Below, piece after piece: positions 38,307 through 52,330 of a stretch of 64,000 nt of DNA. Under the pieces are notes generated by a model. That model saw only the letters and a list, made by a program, of their open reading frames with translations. It searched no databases and was not told the DNA's origin. Position numbers and translations under genes: made by a program. This DNA comes from Podarcis vaucheri (Eukaryota). Each line of letters begins with the position of its first letter. Within the stretch, counting starts at the first letter, position 1. The DNA is taken from NCBI GenBank assembly GCA_965113315.1, contig OZ220368.1; one strand, written 5' to 3'.

Positions 38307-40370
38307 TCAACCAAATTTTATTGCATAGTTACTGTAACTCATGGTGGAATTTTTTTCAACTTCTAAATATTGTATTTATTTTCTAAATATCTGTTACTGA
38401 AACTGAAATGCAGTGGCAGTAAAAAGTTCTGACAACAATTGTTATGCTAATAAGTGTGGGTAATGGTGGTACAAGCAAAATGGTTGGGTTTCTTATTTAA
38501 TTCCGGAGGGGACATCGACACATACAGAGACACATAGATGGATGCAACTCATGTACTGTGGGGATGTAGAAAATAGCAAAGAACCACTGGCTCAGTCAGA
38601 GGTCATATTCCTTGATACCTAAACTAGGGATAGATTGAAATGTCTATAACAGTTTACTACATCATTTGCAGGTGACAATTTGATTGCTGAAATGGTTTTA
38701 CAGGGAGGGAATTCCCACTGTGGTTGTGGGTGGCTGCTCAGCTTTCTAAAATAACTTTTTAAAACTCACCAACTTTTAGAAATTAAGCAAAATGGAAGCA
38801 AAGAAGGCCCGTTCTCATGGTAAGTTGACCCTCTATAACTACCCACCCCAAGTTAGCTAATTTTATTGTAGTGCCCCTTCTCTTTTTTTGGTTACAGGTT
38901 TCCCCTGACATCGCTTTTTTCTCCCTCCCCCCAAAGTCAGGCATATTGTAAAACAAATGGAGACTAGCTTTGCTGTAAACTAGGAATGTTGCATGGGCTG
39001 CTTTTTCCCACTTTCTCATTCATACATCTCCCCTGCCCTTCAATGGGTTCTGTAATTATACTGTAGCATTGCTTCTGCACAAAGGAGACGGTGATATCCA
39101 ACAGTTGAAACAAAATTCTGGCTGAAACTCTGCCCCTTTAAATCTCTACCTAACCTCTATTTTATACATGTTTTGGGTAGACAAGCTTAAAACATACAGG
39201 TCTGCAGATATCAGGTGTAAATGGCACCTCACATGACCATCATAGTGATTCAACCCTATACCATTATACTAATTCAACTACAACTTACAGCTGAGAATTC
39301 ACATGTGCACCTCTTACACACACTGAGGTTCCTGAACTATTGTGAATTGTTCCATTCTTTATAAGTTCCCACCACAAATGCACATGGAAGCATTATGTAG
39401 TCATATGGCACAACACTAAGAGGAGAGATAGTTGCCTGGATTTCCACCCAATATATTTCAAGTATGTAACTTTCCACTATCAATGTATAGCATAAGTAGG
39501 CAGTGACCGCTGGACTGTGTAGGGTTCCTAGGTCACAGATGCATGCCCAAGTTGTTCCTGTCTTCTGCCCATCCTCCTCTCTTAAAAAGATACTATGGTA
39601 CAGTTGTACTTAACAAAACAGAAAGGACTTATGTTGGTTCAGAAGGGCTTCCTTCTCTCACAGTTGCTTCACTGCTCTGAGAAAAGTTACGTTGCCTCCA
39701 CCTGTTCTGGTTCTCCCCGTCCTTACCCTTTGCAAAGAAAGAGTGGACACTTAAGCATTGAAGTTTTTTAATACTTAAATCAAGGTAAGGCACTTACGTG
39801 CTAAGTGCAGATTCATACCACAATAACTGCATTGCATGGGGATTGAAATGCATAGGATTGCAGCTTGAATTAGTTAAAGGTGCCACATAGGCCTTAACAA
39901 AGGACCCCATCAATTTCCAGACCTATGGGAAAATATTCTACCCTCTCCCCACTTGCTCACTTCTTTATCTTTTCCCAAGAATGTGGAATAAGGTATAGAG
40001 ATAGTAAGTGCACTAGGGCCTGAGACACCAGGGTTAAAATCACCACTTGGCCATTAAAAACTCACTGTGTGACTTTGGGCCAGTCACTGTCAGGACTAAC
40101 CTACCTCACAGGGTGGTTGTGAGGATAACATGGGGAAATGAATGAATGCATGCCACCTTGAGCTCCTTGGAGGAAAGGTGGAATGGATATAAATGCAATA
40201 CTGATAAATAAGGAATAATCATAATAAAAAGTCTACATCCAACCTGCCTGTCCCTGATTTTGAATTGGAGGGTTGGGGTCAGGTCTTGAATCATGAAAAT
40301 AAACCCAATTCAGAAATCAAATAAAAAATAATCTGGGATACAACCAGGATATTCAGGCCTATAAACATTG

Positions 40371-43120
40371 AATCATAGAATCATAGAATCATAGAGTTGG
40401 AAGAGACCACAAGGGCCATTGAGTCCAACCCCCTGCCAAGCAGGAAACACCATCAGAGCACTCCTGACATATGGTTGTCAAGCCTCTGCTTAAAGACCTC
40501 TAAAGAAGGAGACTCCACCACACTCCTTGGCAGCAAATTCCACTGTCGAACAGCTCTTACTGTCAGGAAGTTCTTCCTAATGTTTAGGTGGAATCTTCTT
40601 TCTTGTAGTTTGGATCCATTGCTCCGTGTCCGCTTCTCTGGAGCAGCAGAAAACAACCTTTCTTCCTCCTCTATGTGACATCCTTTTATATATTTGAACA
40701 TGGCTATCATATCACCCCTTAACCTCCTCTTCTGCAGGCTAAACATGCCCAGCTCCCTTAGCCGTTCCTCATAAGGCATCGTTTCCAGGCCTTTGACCAT
40801 TTTGGTTGCCCTCCTCTGGACACGTTCCAGTTTGTCAGTGTCCCTCTTGAATTGTGGTGCCCAGAACTGGACACAGTACTCCAGGTGTGGTCTGACCAGA
40901 GCAGAATACAGTGGCACTATTACTTCCCTTGATCTAGATGCTATACTCCTATTGATGCAGCCCAGAATTGCATTGGCTTTTTTAGCTGCCGCGTCACACT
41001 GTTGGCTCATGTCAAGTTTGTGGTCAACCAAGACTCCTAGATCCTTTTCACATGTACTGCTCTCAAGCCAGGTGTCACCCATCTTGTATTTGTGCCTCTC
41101 ATTTTTTTTGCCCAAGTGCAATACTTTACATTTCTCCCTGTTAAAATTCATCTTGTTTGTTTTTGCCCAGTTCTCTAATCTGTCAAGGTCGTTTTGAAGT
41201 GTGATCCTGTCCTCTGGGGTGTTAGCCACCCCTCCCAGTTTGGTGTCATCTGCAAATTTGATCAGGATGCCCTTGAGTCCATCATCCAAGTCGTTGATAA
41301 AGATGTTGAATAAGACCGGGCCCAAGACAGAACCCTGTGGCACCCCACTAGTCACTCTTCTCCAGGATGAAGAGGAACCATTGATGAGCACCCTTTGGGT
41401 TCGGTCAGTCAGCCAGTTACAAATCCACTGAGTGGTAGCATAGTCAAGACCGCATTTTACCAGCTTCTTTACAAGAATATCATGGGGCACCTTGTCAAAT
41501 GCCTTGCTGAAATCAAGGTAGGCTACATCCACTGCGTTCCCTTCATCTACCAGGCTTGTAATTCTGTCAAAAAACGAGATCAGGTTAGTCTGACATGACT
41601 TATTTTTCAGAAATCCATGCTGACTATTGGTGATCACAGCATTCCTTTCTAGGTGCTCACAGACTGTTTGCTTAATGATCTGCTCCAGAATCTTCCCTGG
41701 TATTGATGTCAGACTGACTGGGCGGTAATTATTTGGGTCCTCTCTTTTCCCCTTTTTGAAAATAGGGACAACATTTGCCCTCCTCCAGTCTGCCGGGACT
41801 TCGCCTGTTCTCCAGGAATTCTCAAAGATGACTGCCAGTGGTTCTGAGATCACATCTGCCAGTTCTTTTAATACTCTTGGATGCAGTTCATCTGGCCCTG
41901 GAGACTTGAATACATCTAAACTAGCCAAATATTCTTGTACTATCTCCTTAGTTATTCTGGGCTGTGTTTCCTTTGCTGAATCATTTGCTCCAAATTCTTC
42001 AGGTCGGGCATTGTTTTCTTTATCGGAGAAGACTGAGGCAAAGAAGGCATTGAGTAGTTCAGCCCTTTCTGTGTCCCCTGTTTGCATTTCACCATCTTCT
42101 CCTCTGAGTGACCCCACAGTTTCTTTGTTCTTCCTTTTGCTACGAACATACCCATAAAAGCCTTTTTTGTTGCTTTTAACCTCTCTAGCAAGCCTGAGTT
42201 CATTCTGTGCTTTAGCTTTTCTGACTTTGTGTCTACACGTGCTGGCTATTTGTTTGAATTCCTCTTTGGTGGTTTCCCCCCTTTTCCATTTTTTGTACAC
42301 ATCCTTTTTTAATCTTAATTCAGTTAAAAGTTCTTTAGATAGCCACCCTGGCTTCTTTAGGCACCTTCCATGTTTCCGTCTCATTGGTATTGCCTGTCGT
42401 TGTGCTTTTACTATCTCCCTCTTAACAAACTCCCAGCCATCATGAACTCCCTTTCCTTTAAGTATTGCTGTCCATGGGATCTCACCCAGCACTTCCCTAA
42501 GTTTTATGAAGTCGGCTTTCTTAAAGTCAAGAAATTGAGTCCTAGTATGCTTGGCTGCTCCTTTCCGCTGTATAGTAAACTTCAGAAGAGCATGATCACT
42601 CGCGCCTAATGATCCTTCCACATCTACCCCACTAACCAGGTCATCAACATTGGTTAGGACCAGATCTAAAATGGCTGTTCCTCTTGTTGCTTCTCCCACT
42701 TTCTGGACAATGAAGTTGTCTGCAAGGCCAGTGAGGAATCTGTTTGACCTTATGCTCTTGGCTGAGTTTGACGTCCAACAAATATCCGGGTAATTGAAGT
42801 CCCCCATTACTACTATCTCCCTTCCTTTTGCATGCTTGGCCATCTGTTCCAGGAAGGCATCATCTATGTCCTCCGTTTGGCTTGGGGATCTATAGTAAAC
42901 TCCCACAATGAGGTCTCTGTTATTCTTCTCTCCCTTAATTTTGACCCAAATGCTCTCACTTTGGCTTTGAGGTTCTAAATCTTGGATCTCTTCACAGGTA
43001 TACACATCCCTGACATATAACGCCACTCCTCCTCCTTTCTTGTCTGGTCTGTTTCTTTGAAATAGATTGTATCCCCCCAAAATAGATTGTATCCCCCCAA
43101 AATAGATTGTATCCCCCCAT
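40371..43120 (-). mobile_element. CR1 LINE, 5'-truncated, with uninterrupted ORF2 (partial APE endonuclease + reverse transcriptase)
   Basis: 875-codon ORF 40453-43080 with [26 protein letters not shown] and FADD motifs; 3' end is a (ATTCTATG)n CR1 tail. Confidence 0.96.
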
Positions 43121-46100
43121 TGGACCTTACATGTTAGGTCCTTGGCAAATCCAGTGTGTGGCTATTTGCTGGGACAGGCTTGCCTGGGTGAGGTGTGCAG
43201 GCAGTGGCAATCCATGCTCCCATACGAATATATAGGCTCTGCACACTGAGTTATCATCTGAACTATCCCAGGCACCCCTCTACTTTTTGTAATAGCATTT
43301 TAGGTTTGCCAAAGTGTTTATAGTCTCTTTAGCCTTATAAAGTAGATCACAGAGTCCGCTTAATCAAATGCATCCTTCTTGGTAATCCACACAAGCTTAT
43401 GCAATAATACATTTGCTAGGCCTTAAAATGCAATTGGACAGTTGTTTCGTTGTTTCTGTAAGCCATGGCTAACTGATCAACCCCCTTGATTGAAAGTGTA
43501 CCACAGCAATGTACCCAATGCCATACACTGAGCTGTGGCAGAGAGGATAAAATCTTAATTAGTCTCAATATCTTATGGTGGGCTATTTTTTATGGTGGCT
43601 TACTGAGAAGGTAAATGTGCAGACAATATTTAATCAAAACGTGATGCTGTCCCAAGAGGTTTACCTTGAACAAGGGAATATATGATTAAGAATTCTGAGC
43701 CTCAGAAATAAATGGCGTGTGCATGTACAGAGTGCACCTGCTTCCCCAATGAAGAATCTGTATTTAGTTCTTCCATAACAATAACTTCAGCCTGAAATAG
43801 AAATGCTTCATTGCCAGCCAGCCACTCACTGCTACTCTTACCAAAATGCCAAGTAAAAAGTAGATCTTAAAAAAAAACATACACCTCAGGAATCTAGGCC
43901 TTCAGGTAGTTGGAAGAGAGAGATTTCTGGAGACCCTTTCTCGTATGTAATGTGCATTCCAGTTTGTTTTAAATACACTGGTTTGGTCATCATCCTTTGT
44001 ACAGAGCACATCTTAAAACCACCAATCTGTTCACAGTCTCCCCACACCAAACTGGCAATAGCATTCAGTTTACTTACACAATAAATAATCCAAGGTCAAA
44101 TCAAGCTGTGAACAACCTCACACCCCTTCTCAAACTATTTTTATATGGTGTATACGTGTGTATGATACGTTTGTATGGTGTTCCTGAACATGCATTTGTG
44201 TCAGCAAGTTGCCAGGCTCACAGCATCCATTGCTAGCCAAAAATAAATGCATGTCCCAGCATGTCTTTGAAGACACACAAAGAAAGAAAGAAAGAAAAAG
44301 CCTTCCCTGAGAAGAAGGATTGAATGTTAAACTACTCTGGAAATTGTAAGAGGAATAGGGTGTCTCTTGATAACTCTCAGCACCTTAACTACCCTTCACA
44401 GGATTATTTGGAGGAAGCCACCACTATTTAAAATTGAATGATACAGCTCTAGATGGGGCCTCATCCGGTGGTCAGAAAAGTTGAGGCCTGAGCTTTACTA
44501 CTGTCTACTACATTCCCGTTCCGTCTCAGGTGACAAAATGGGAGGACATGCCACCCCTGGGCATAGCCATCACATTCAACACTATACTGTTATGCAGGTA
44601 GTACACAGAATTGCAAGGGACACTGTTCGGGAAGACACTCCTAAAAGGGCAGAATGGACAGCAAGGACATTACATGCACAGCCACAACAATTCTTTCTTC
44701 TAGTAAGTAAAATGGAAAGGTAATAGTTTCTTGTGTTAAGAGAGCTATCATGTTTCCACACACAGCTGAACACACAGATGGTCTAGGCTCATGTTTAGCT
44801 CCAGAGCTGGGGCTCATTCAGAGATACACAAGCTGGTTTCCTTCAATGTTGGACTCCAGTACCAAGCTATCTAGGGAAAACAGCAAAAGAATTAGCAGAC
44901 TTGTCAAAAGAACAATACATGACATTTTGCAGCACACATCTGCCTGTCTCGGGCAGCATGACCATTATCTGTAGTTTGAATTCTATCCTATGTTTCCTGA
45001 GAAGTAAGCTCATTAACATACACCCAAGGAGACCTTTGTTCTTGCCGTGAGTCAAATAATTAGCATGGCCATCACAGGCATTCTCATTCAATTGGACATG
45101 CAACCTATCAGATAGGACACAAATGAATCACTGAAGACACTTAAATTTTCAGCATTAAAATTCTGGTACATTCATATTATTTGTCTGAACATCATTGTGC
45201 ATTAGTGAAGTAATACTGTATTTTTAAACTTTTTTATTTATAAAACAATAGAACCAAACATTACAGAAGGAAGTTGTACATAAATGTAATTGAACAATCT
45301 AAGCTTATAAAGATCTTGCCCAGAGGGTGCTAGCCCTTTAATACCCAAAAGCACACTTAAAAAATAAAATTCATTCCAAGAAACTCCAGGGCAGGTAATT
45401 AACACAAAATGGCTTCTTTGACTGGAAAGCAAACACATCTCAGCGAGACCTTGTAGTATCCTGATGGCTTAGGGGGTCAAGGTTCTGTGAGGCTTTTCAC
45501 AATTGGATATAATGATATTTAAATCAAACAAGACGTCAGAAATTAATCCTGCTAAAAAGCGCTACCTGGTCCTGACCCTACACCATACAATGGTCATGGT
45601 GATTCAACCACCAGTTACAATTTTTAGTATATTCTAGCTATAGTTTAAAGCTAACACGGTTTAAGATGAGGTTTACATTTTATTTTGGTGCTTACAGCCA
45701 TGAGAGATCAATGGCAGCAACCTCCTGAGCATGTGAGCTTATTTTAGCGAAGTGTGCAACAGGGCTCCATGACCTTTTGGCTTTATTTTTTCTGTTTGAA
45801 ACATGGCAATGTGCTACTGGATCAACATGTGGGAGACTGGCTGCATCTATTTCCACATGGATCGTGTTGCCAGCACTGTCCCCAATTGGTAGGCTGTGGC
45901 AGAGTTTCTTGGGATGTTGTGGGCACATCTGCCATTCCTCACAATGTTCTGTTTTCATTTGTGTATTTTCTCTCCTTGCCCAGGCTGCGGACAAAAATAA
46001 AACCATAGGAAGATCCAGTCAGAGATCCCCTGTGTTGCATGTACCTTGGCCCTCCAGAGGACAGCTGGTTTGCAACCAATACTTTCTTGTACATTGCTGC

Positions 46101-46877
46101 AACAGTGTGTTGACTTTGTATGCATGTTGGAGATATCTCTCTGCCTATGTGTGCACATGTGTTGCCTAATTTGAACCTAGAGTCCATGCAACTAACTGGG
46201 GATCTTTTCCCTTTTCACTATCAGTTCCCGGCCCCCTCACTGGCGCCCCCCCCCCACCGGGACAGTTGTTTTAAAGTTCAATGTGTTACATGGGCAACTT
46301 TGTAAAATAAAGAAGAATGCCACTTCTATAATTTATGGTGTGTTTAGTGAGAAAAGGCTGTTTTCAGCAGAATGTACCAAAGATCCTTGTGCTTGTTGAA
46401 GATAAAATAAACAGTACGGCGCTAGTGTGCAGGCTGTTGCTGATTCTGAAGCGGTATCATTTCATGCTCTATTTCTGTCAGAGTACATTACAGAGTAGTG
46501 TGTGAGCATTGGCTAAACCTCTGGCAGTTATACATTGCTTGAAGGTCATATGATATTTATTTAAGTTTGTAAGTTTTGTAGTGACTTTAAATGGCAACCT
46601 TGGGGCTGAATATGTTAACCTCTGCTACTGGGCGACTTCTATTTGTTTCAGAGGAATGGAGGAATCTGCACATATGTTCCTGGCCTACGTACAGAAGTAT
46701 CACAGTCTCTCCAGCATTTCACAGATAAAAATAGGGACACTTTTGTGGACTATTACACATTGCTGAAGGCTCTTCTCTGCCTGCTGGGTGCTGTATTAAT
46801 TTGAACTGCAGTTGCCTGGCCTGCACTGGCACTGTCTCTTAATAAACTAACAGTCAGCTGCCTTTTTATTTTAATTC

Positions 46878-46929
<52 letters not shown>
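46878..46929. repeat. (TAT)n microsatellite
   Basis: Direct read. Confidence 0.95.
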
Positions 46930-47929
46930 TTCTAAATTGCTTATTAGTCCTCTTAAGATAGACAACACAGATGGACAACTTTTCTCCCACCAGATATTGT
47001 CAGACACCCACCGGCCACTGTCAGTACAGCCAGGGGTCAGGGATGATTATTAGTATTTATTAAATTTATTAAACTACTTCTCTTGTTGCAGGCAATTCAA
47101 GGCATCTTTATGAAAACAAAATGACAAAGCAAAACCCCCTACATTAATTAAACCGGTGTGTGTGGGAGGGGGAAATCATTAAAAACAACCCATCGGCTTT
47201 AAAAGGCCATGGACTGTTAACAGCCAAAGGCCTGGCTGAAAAAATGGTTTTGCCTGGTGCTGAAAGATATGTAGTGATGGCACCGGGTGAGTCTCCCTGA
47301 AGAGAGCATTCCACAATGGGGAGCCACCTCAGAAAAGGCCTGTTATCAGGTTGCCACTCTCTCGACATCTCATGGAGGGGGCACAGGGTCTGGGTCAGTT
47401 CATATGGGGAGAGGCAGTCCTTGATTATGGGAGTTGTAGTCCAGTAACCACAGGTTCCCCATCCTTGTTGTATAGATTTAGAATTTTGTTGATCCTATTT
47501 GTATTTTGTATCCAACTTAAGTCCAAAGAAGCCATTCAGGCAGCATCTGCACTTTTGAATAAAATAGGAACAAGGGAAACTGCAAAAAGCCCTCCCACGC
47601 TGTCAGAAGTAGGTTCCACGAAATTCAATGGGACTTATTTCTAAGTAAATATGCATAGGGTTTTAGGTGTTTGTTCTCAAACTGCTATCTATACTGAGGC
47701 AGGAGGAAAACAGAACCGGATAATGTGCATTCAGAATACTAGAGAAGATTGAGATACAGGCCGTCTAACTGATAAAAGAGCTTCTCTTAGGAAGAGAAGA
47801 AACGCAATTCGCTAACAATTCTTTTTGAGCTTAAGCGGATCTATCCTTGAGAAAGGATAATGCTTTGTGGCTTGCAAGGCTTACAATTTGTGCTGTCAGA
47901 TCGTTCACCAAGGAAATGGCCTGTAAGGC

Positions 47930-49200
47930 TGCCATCGTAGGGCGTGCTTACTCGGGAGCAAACAGCACCGAACACGGCGAGATCTACTTTATAGAGTATT
48001 ATATACACACACAACCGAGGTTAGCCACCACAGCGCGTACGCCCAACTAGAAAGCTCTGCCAAGTTCTCCCTCTGCACAACTCCAGTCCGCATTTTCGTA
48101 GCCGCCGAGCTTAACTGAGGTCGAGCCGAACCCTTCCTGGCCGGCTGGCTGGGAATCCGGGCCAGGCGAGCGTAATAGTATTCCTCCGAGCGGAGGCCGA
48201 ATTGAGCGGTTGCTCGGTGGTGGCTCCGCTCCAGAGGGGGCCGTGCCGGGAAGGGATCCGGGCGCCGGGCTTTGCTACGCAGCAGGGCGGGGCCTGGCTG
48301 GGGGTGGCTCGGGAAGTTGCCGAAGTTGGGCAGAGAGTGGAGGGACGGAGCCAGCGAGCGCCTGCCTGCCTGCCTGCCTGCTCGGGCCGGGCCTTCCTGG
48401 GTGCTGCTCTTCCCCCTCCCGCCCTCTCTTCCCTGCCCGGCCGGTGCATGATGGAAGCAGCATGGCCGCTCATCTTTCCTTAACGCAGGTAGGGACGGCT
48501 CGCTTTTCGTTCGGTGGGGAGGGAGTGGGCTGGTTAGCTAGGGCGGGGGAGGCAGCCGGGGGAAGCCTCGCCTCCACGCTCCCGCCGTCTCCCCTTGGAA
48601 GAGTTTCCTTTGTGACCTGGCCGCCTCCCGCTTCCATTCCTCCTCGTAGCCCTTTCCCTGACCGCGTCTCCCCTCGGGGCGCTTGTCCGCCTGCGCCCCC
48701 CTTCGCAACACCCGCCCTCCATCTCTGGGACGCCCCTTGGAACCCAGCCGGGCTTACTTCTGAGGAGGCGCCTTGTTTATGAACAGCCTCCCCTGTTTCC
48801 GTGCTCCCCAAGCTCTCTAGTCTTCCTTCCTAGTCTCCTCCTCCTCCTCCCAAGTTCTGCTGTTTGCCCCAAAGCTGCCGCCCTTCACTTCGCCGGTGGT
48901 TCCCACGGGGGACTCCGCGCCTTGTTTCGCGGAAGCGGACGACGTGGGCTGCGCCTTACGCAAAGCTCGTAACGCAGAGAACGTGTCTAGCGGGCGCCCG
49001 GAATTCCGCGGCTCTTGTCAGTCTCCAGCCGGTGTGGCGAAGAGTGACGGGCTTAGGAGCTGGGCTGACAAGGGGTCAAAGCTCCACTCACCCGGGAAAC
49101 TTTGTGTTTATTCGCTGCCTCTTCGCCTAATCTTCCTCACGGGGTTGTTGTGAGGAGAACATGGGGAGGGAAAGGGCCACGGACACCGCCTTGAACTCCC
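47930..49200. promoter_or_regulatory. CpG island / EPS15 promoter
   Basis: CpG-dense; GC box gggcggggc at ~48285; surrounds exon 1. Boundaries approximate. Confidence 0.85.
48462..48488 (+). CDS. EPS15: Epidermal growth factor receptor substrate 15, coding exon 1
   Basis: agcATGGCCGCTCATCTTTCCTTAACGCAG|gtaggg = MAAHLSLTQ (human MAAAAQLSLTQ); strong Kozak context; lies in a CpG island. Confidence 0.92.
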
Positions 49201-50298
49201 TAGAGGAAAGGTGGGCCAGAAATGTAGTAATAATAATATTGGTGGGGTGAGTGTGTTATGGCTCCCTGAGTCTTTTTCTGTTCTTTGTTGTATTCCCTAC
49301 TCCATGCATTCAGACAGACAGACAGACAGACAGACTCTTCTTCTGTAGGACTGCTTTCCAACCTAATACCTGTTATTTATTCTCCAGAGGTGCTCCCACC
49401 CATGACATGGGGTGAAGCGGCTACCTCAGGCGGCAGAAGTGCAAGAGGCGGCACTCCGCCTGCCCCACTGCTTCTGCCATCCAGAGGGAGGTGTTCCAGC
49501 GCTCAACATTGCCACTTGTCTTCCCCCGCCCGGGTGGAGACGCAGCGCGAGAGGCAATACTTTGAGGAGCGCTCTGGCTCCTGCCAAGTTCAGTCAGAGC
49601 CAGGGCATTCCTGCACACTAGTTGTGATCAGAAGTGTTAGAAACTGAGATATGAAAGCTAGGAGCTAAATGGCACCTTAAACTTAGGTTACTGCAGCTAA
49701 AATATTGTGTTCATTTTTCACATGGTCTAGTCCTTTCCCTGCCCACCCCTCTAATATTCTTAGGAGGGTCTCTTCTCCAGTCTTCAGAGAGCAGCTGGAA
49801 GTGGGGAGGCAGAAAAAGGTCCTCCTTTCCTTCCACTTGGCAGTTTTAATCTGAAATCTTAGGTGCAGCCCAGAGCTCAGAAACTGCTCACACTAATGAA
49901 ATTCCCTGTCGCAAAATGTGTCTAGAACAATGGGACTCCCAAGGAGAAAGCCGTGGCAACACTTTGAGGAGAACCTTGGCTCCCAAGTTCAGTGAGAGCC
50001 AGGGCACAGTGTTGACAAAAGTGTGTGGGGGGGGGGGAGGCAGCAATTCCCCTTTCACTGGGCTGCCCTTGTTCTTCTCTCTTTTTCCATTTTGACTTCT
50101 GTGATACACTTTTTGCAGACACCTTTTCCTTTTTTAATTTTTTTTAATTGAAACAATTTCAGTTAAACAAAATAAAGTGAAAAACCAATAGAAACAAAAG
50201 GTGCATTAGAAAATACAAAAATGAGGACCCCCCCTCCGTACATACTTATCTAATACAATGGTAAACATGTTATTTTTTCTGTGTTCCAGAACAGACTA

Positions 50299-50390
50299 GG
50301 GTTGCAGTCCTAACCCCACTTACCTGGGAGTAGGCCCCAGTGATTTCAGTGGGAGTTACTGATGTGTCAGCATGGTTAGGTTTGCGCTGT
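50299..50390. mobile_element. ~90-bp palindromic MITE; further decayed copies at ~5130-5285, 23143, 24734, 37319, 55415 and 62249
   Basis: ggttgcagtccta...cacttacctgggagtaggcccc...gggagttact...ggttaggtttgcg hairpin pattern recurs across the window. Confidence 0.6.
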
Positions 50391-51279
50391 AGGTGCTGCA
50401 AAAAGTTTTCTCCAGCACAATGGCAAGAACCCACTTCAACACGGGTTAAAATAGAGTGCTACAAATAAGCCTAATGTACTCTTAATTCAAAGATTATATA
50501 TGTAGAAATAGCCCTCTGTAATAATAAATCTCAGTTCAGTTAATATGAAATTTATTTTGGGATGGTCTTGGTTACCTCACTTCATGCTAATTGGTCTGAT
50601 ATGTGTAAACAGGAAGTACAATCATCATGAGTGTAGGTGTTGTGTGTTCATGTTCTTGTTCATACCCCCTGTACCTGGTGCAGTTCTTGGAAGTAGAACT
50701 CTATAAGTGGTAAACTATAGTGCCCAGAATTCTCTGAGGGAGAGAACGTGCTTTGAATTTGCATTAAAACTATAGTGTATACACAGCTGCAGTCTTTGGT
50801 ATGCTGAAAGAGGAATTAAGAGTTGCTGTAGCTGCACTATTTGTGGTCGGGGAACTAATAGTTGCTTAACTTCAACTATGCAGTTAGCATAGTATTTTTG
50901 CAAATGAATACAACAACGAAGTCTTTGTTTATTTGAAATATTGATGTACTGCTGCTCAATAAAATAACACCAAGGTGGTATATAATAAAGCAATTCAGTA
51001 CAAAACAGCAATTCAGAAATGAAAGCTTGAGGCTATAGTCCTATCTGAACTGAGCCCAGAACACAACTCTGTACATGTCTCATTTGCAGTCCTCTCTTGT
51101 ACATACTTACTTAGAAGTTAGTCCCACCTGGTTGGTAAGCATGTGTAGTTCAGATGTCATGGCCAACCCTTGGTTTTGCCATTGAGATCTGGAAATCCAC
51201 ACACTTGAAGCCTTAGTTTCCAGTTCTGGTTTGGATGTGAATTTGTCTGGATCTGTTTCATTCTGGGTTCAGGTGCAGT

Positions 51280-52330
51280 TTGGGAAATGATCAGTAGAGA
51301 GTGGGACAGGGAGAATGTGACTGCTTCTCAATTTCTTAGTGACTTTTGACACCATTAACCATGGTATCCTCCTGGACTGGCACTGTGGGATGAATATTAT
51401 GGGCACTGTTTTATAGTTGTTTTGCTCCTACCTGCAAAGTCTTTTCCAGAAAGTATAAATGGAAGATAGTGTTTTGGCCCCATAATGCTTGTGCTATGGT
51501 GTACTACAGGGTCCCAATCTTGTCCCTGGTGCTGTTTAACGTCTAATGACCACACCCAGTGCCTTCTTATAGGAGTTTGGAAGCAAAGTGTCATCAGTAT
51601 GCTGATGAGATGCTGCTGCAATTTCTTTATAACATCAGAATGGGGAGACACTGTGAATGAACTGGACCATTGTCTGAGTGCAACAGTGGAATGATTGAGG
51701 GCCAGTAAGATGAACTTGAACCCTGAGAAGATTGAGGCACTGTTGGCTTGTGTTCCCTTCTATTTCCTGGATGGAGTTGCACTTCCTCTGAAAGAACAGA
51801 TTTGGAGTTTGGGGTTGCTCATGGATCTGTGTTTGTCGCTAGACACTTAGGTGGCCTCAGTGGCTAGGAGTGCGTTTTAGCAGCTATGCTTGGTTCACAA
51901 ACTATGACCATTCTTGGACAGGAATAGTTGGGCCACAGTGATTCCTTGAAATGCACTTTATGTGAGGCTACCCTTTTCCTTGGTCTGGAAACTCCAGCTG
52001 GGGCAAAACTGCTGCTAGATGGTTGATGGGGACAGACTATCTCTAGCACATAACTCCAGTGTTTAAACACTTGCACTGCTACCGATGCACTACTGGGCCA
52101 GGTTCAAGGTTCTTGTATTAATGTACAAGCCTTAACAACGTGGATCAAGGAAACCTCAAGCACTTCCTGATCACTGAGGTTTTCGGCGGATTCACTTAGT
52201 GTTCCGCCATGGTTTGTATCTACTAGGAACTGTGCATTCAGTATTGTGGGACCAATTTAATGGAAAGTCCCAGTTGTGATCAGACAGGCCCCCTCCTTCT
52301 TGAACTTACAGTGCTTACTGAACACATTAT
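51280..52330 (+). mobile_element. Decayed L2 LINE
   Basis: Remnants of the AFDTINH, GSxL and QYAD RT motifs with multiple frameshifts. Confidence 0.65.

Noticed and set aside
38418-38423. AGTAAA as the CALR4 polyadenylation signal
   Set aside because: Only a variant hexamer; it cannot be supported without 3'-end data.
40793-42609. Plus-strand ORFs of 67-134 aa
   Set aside because: Antisense shadows of CR1 ORF2.
48111-49153. ORFs up to 190 aa around EPS15 exon 1
   Set aside because: CpG-island artefacts; only the 9-codon exon is supported.
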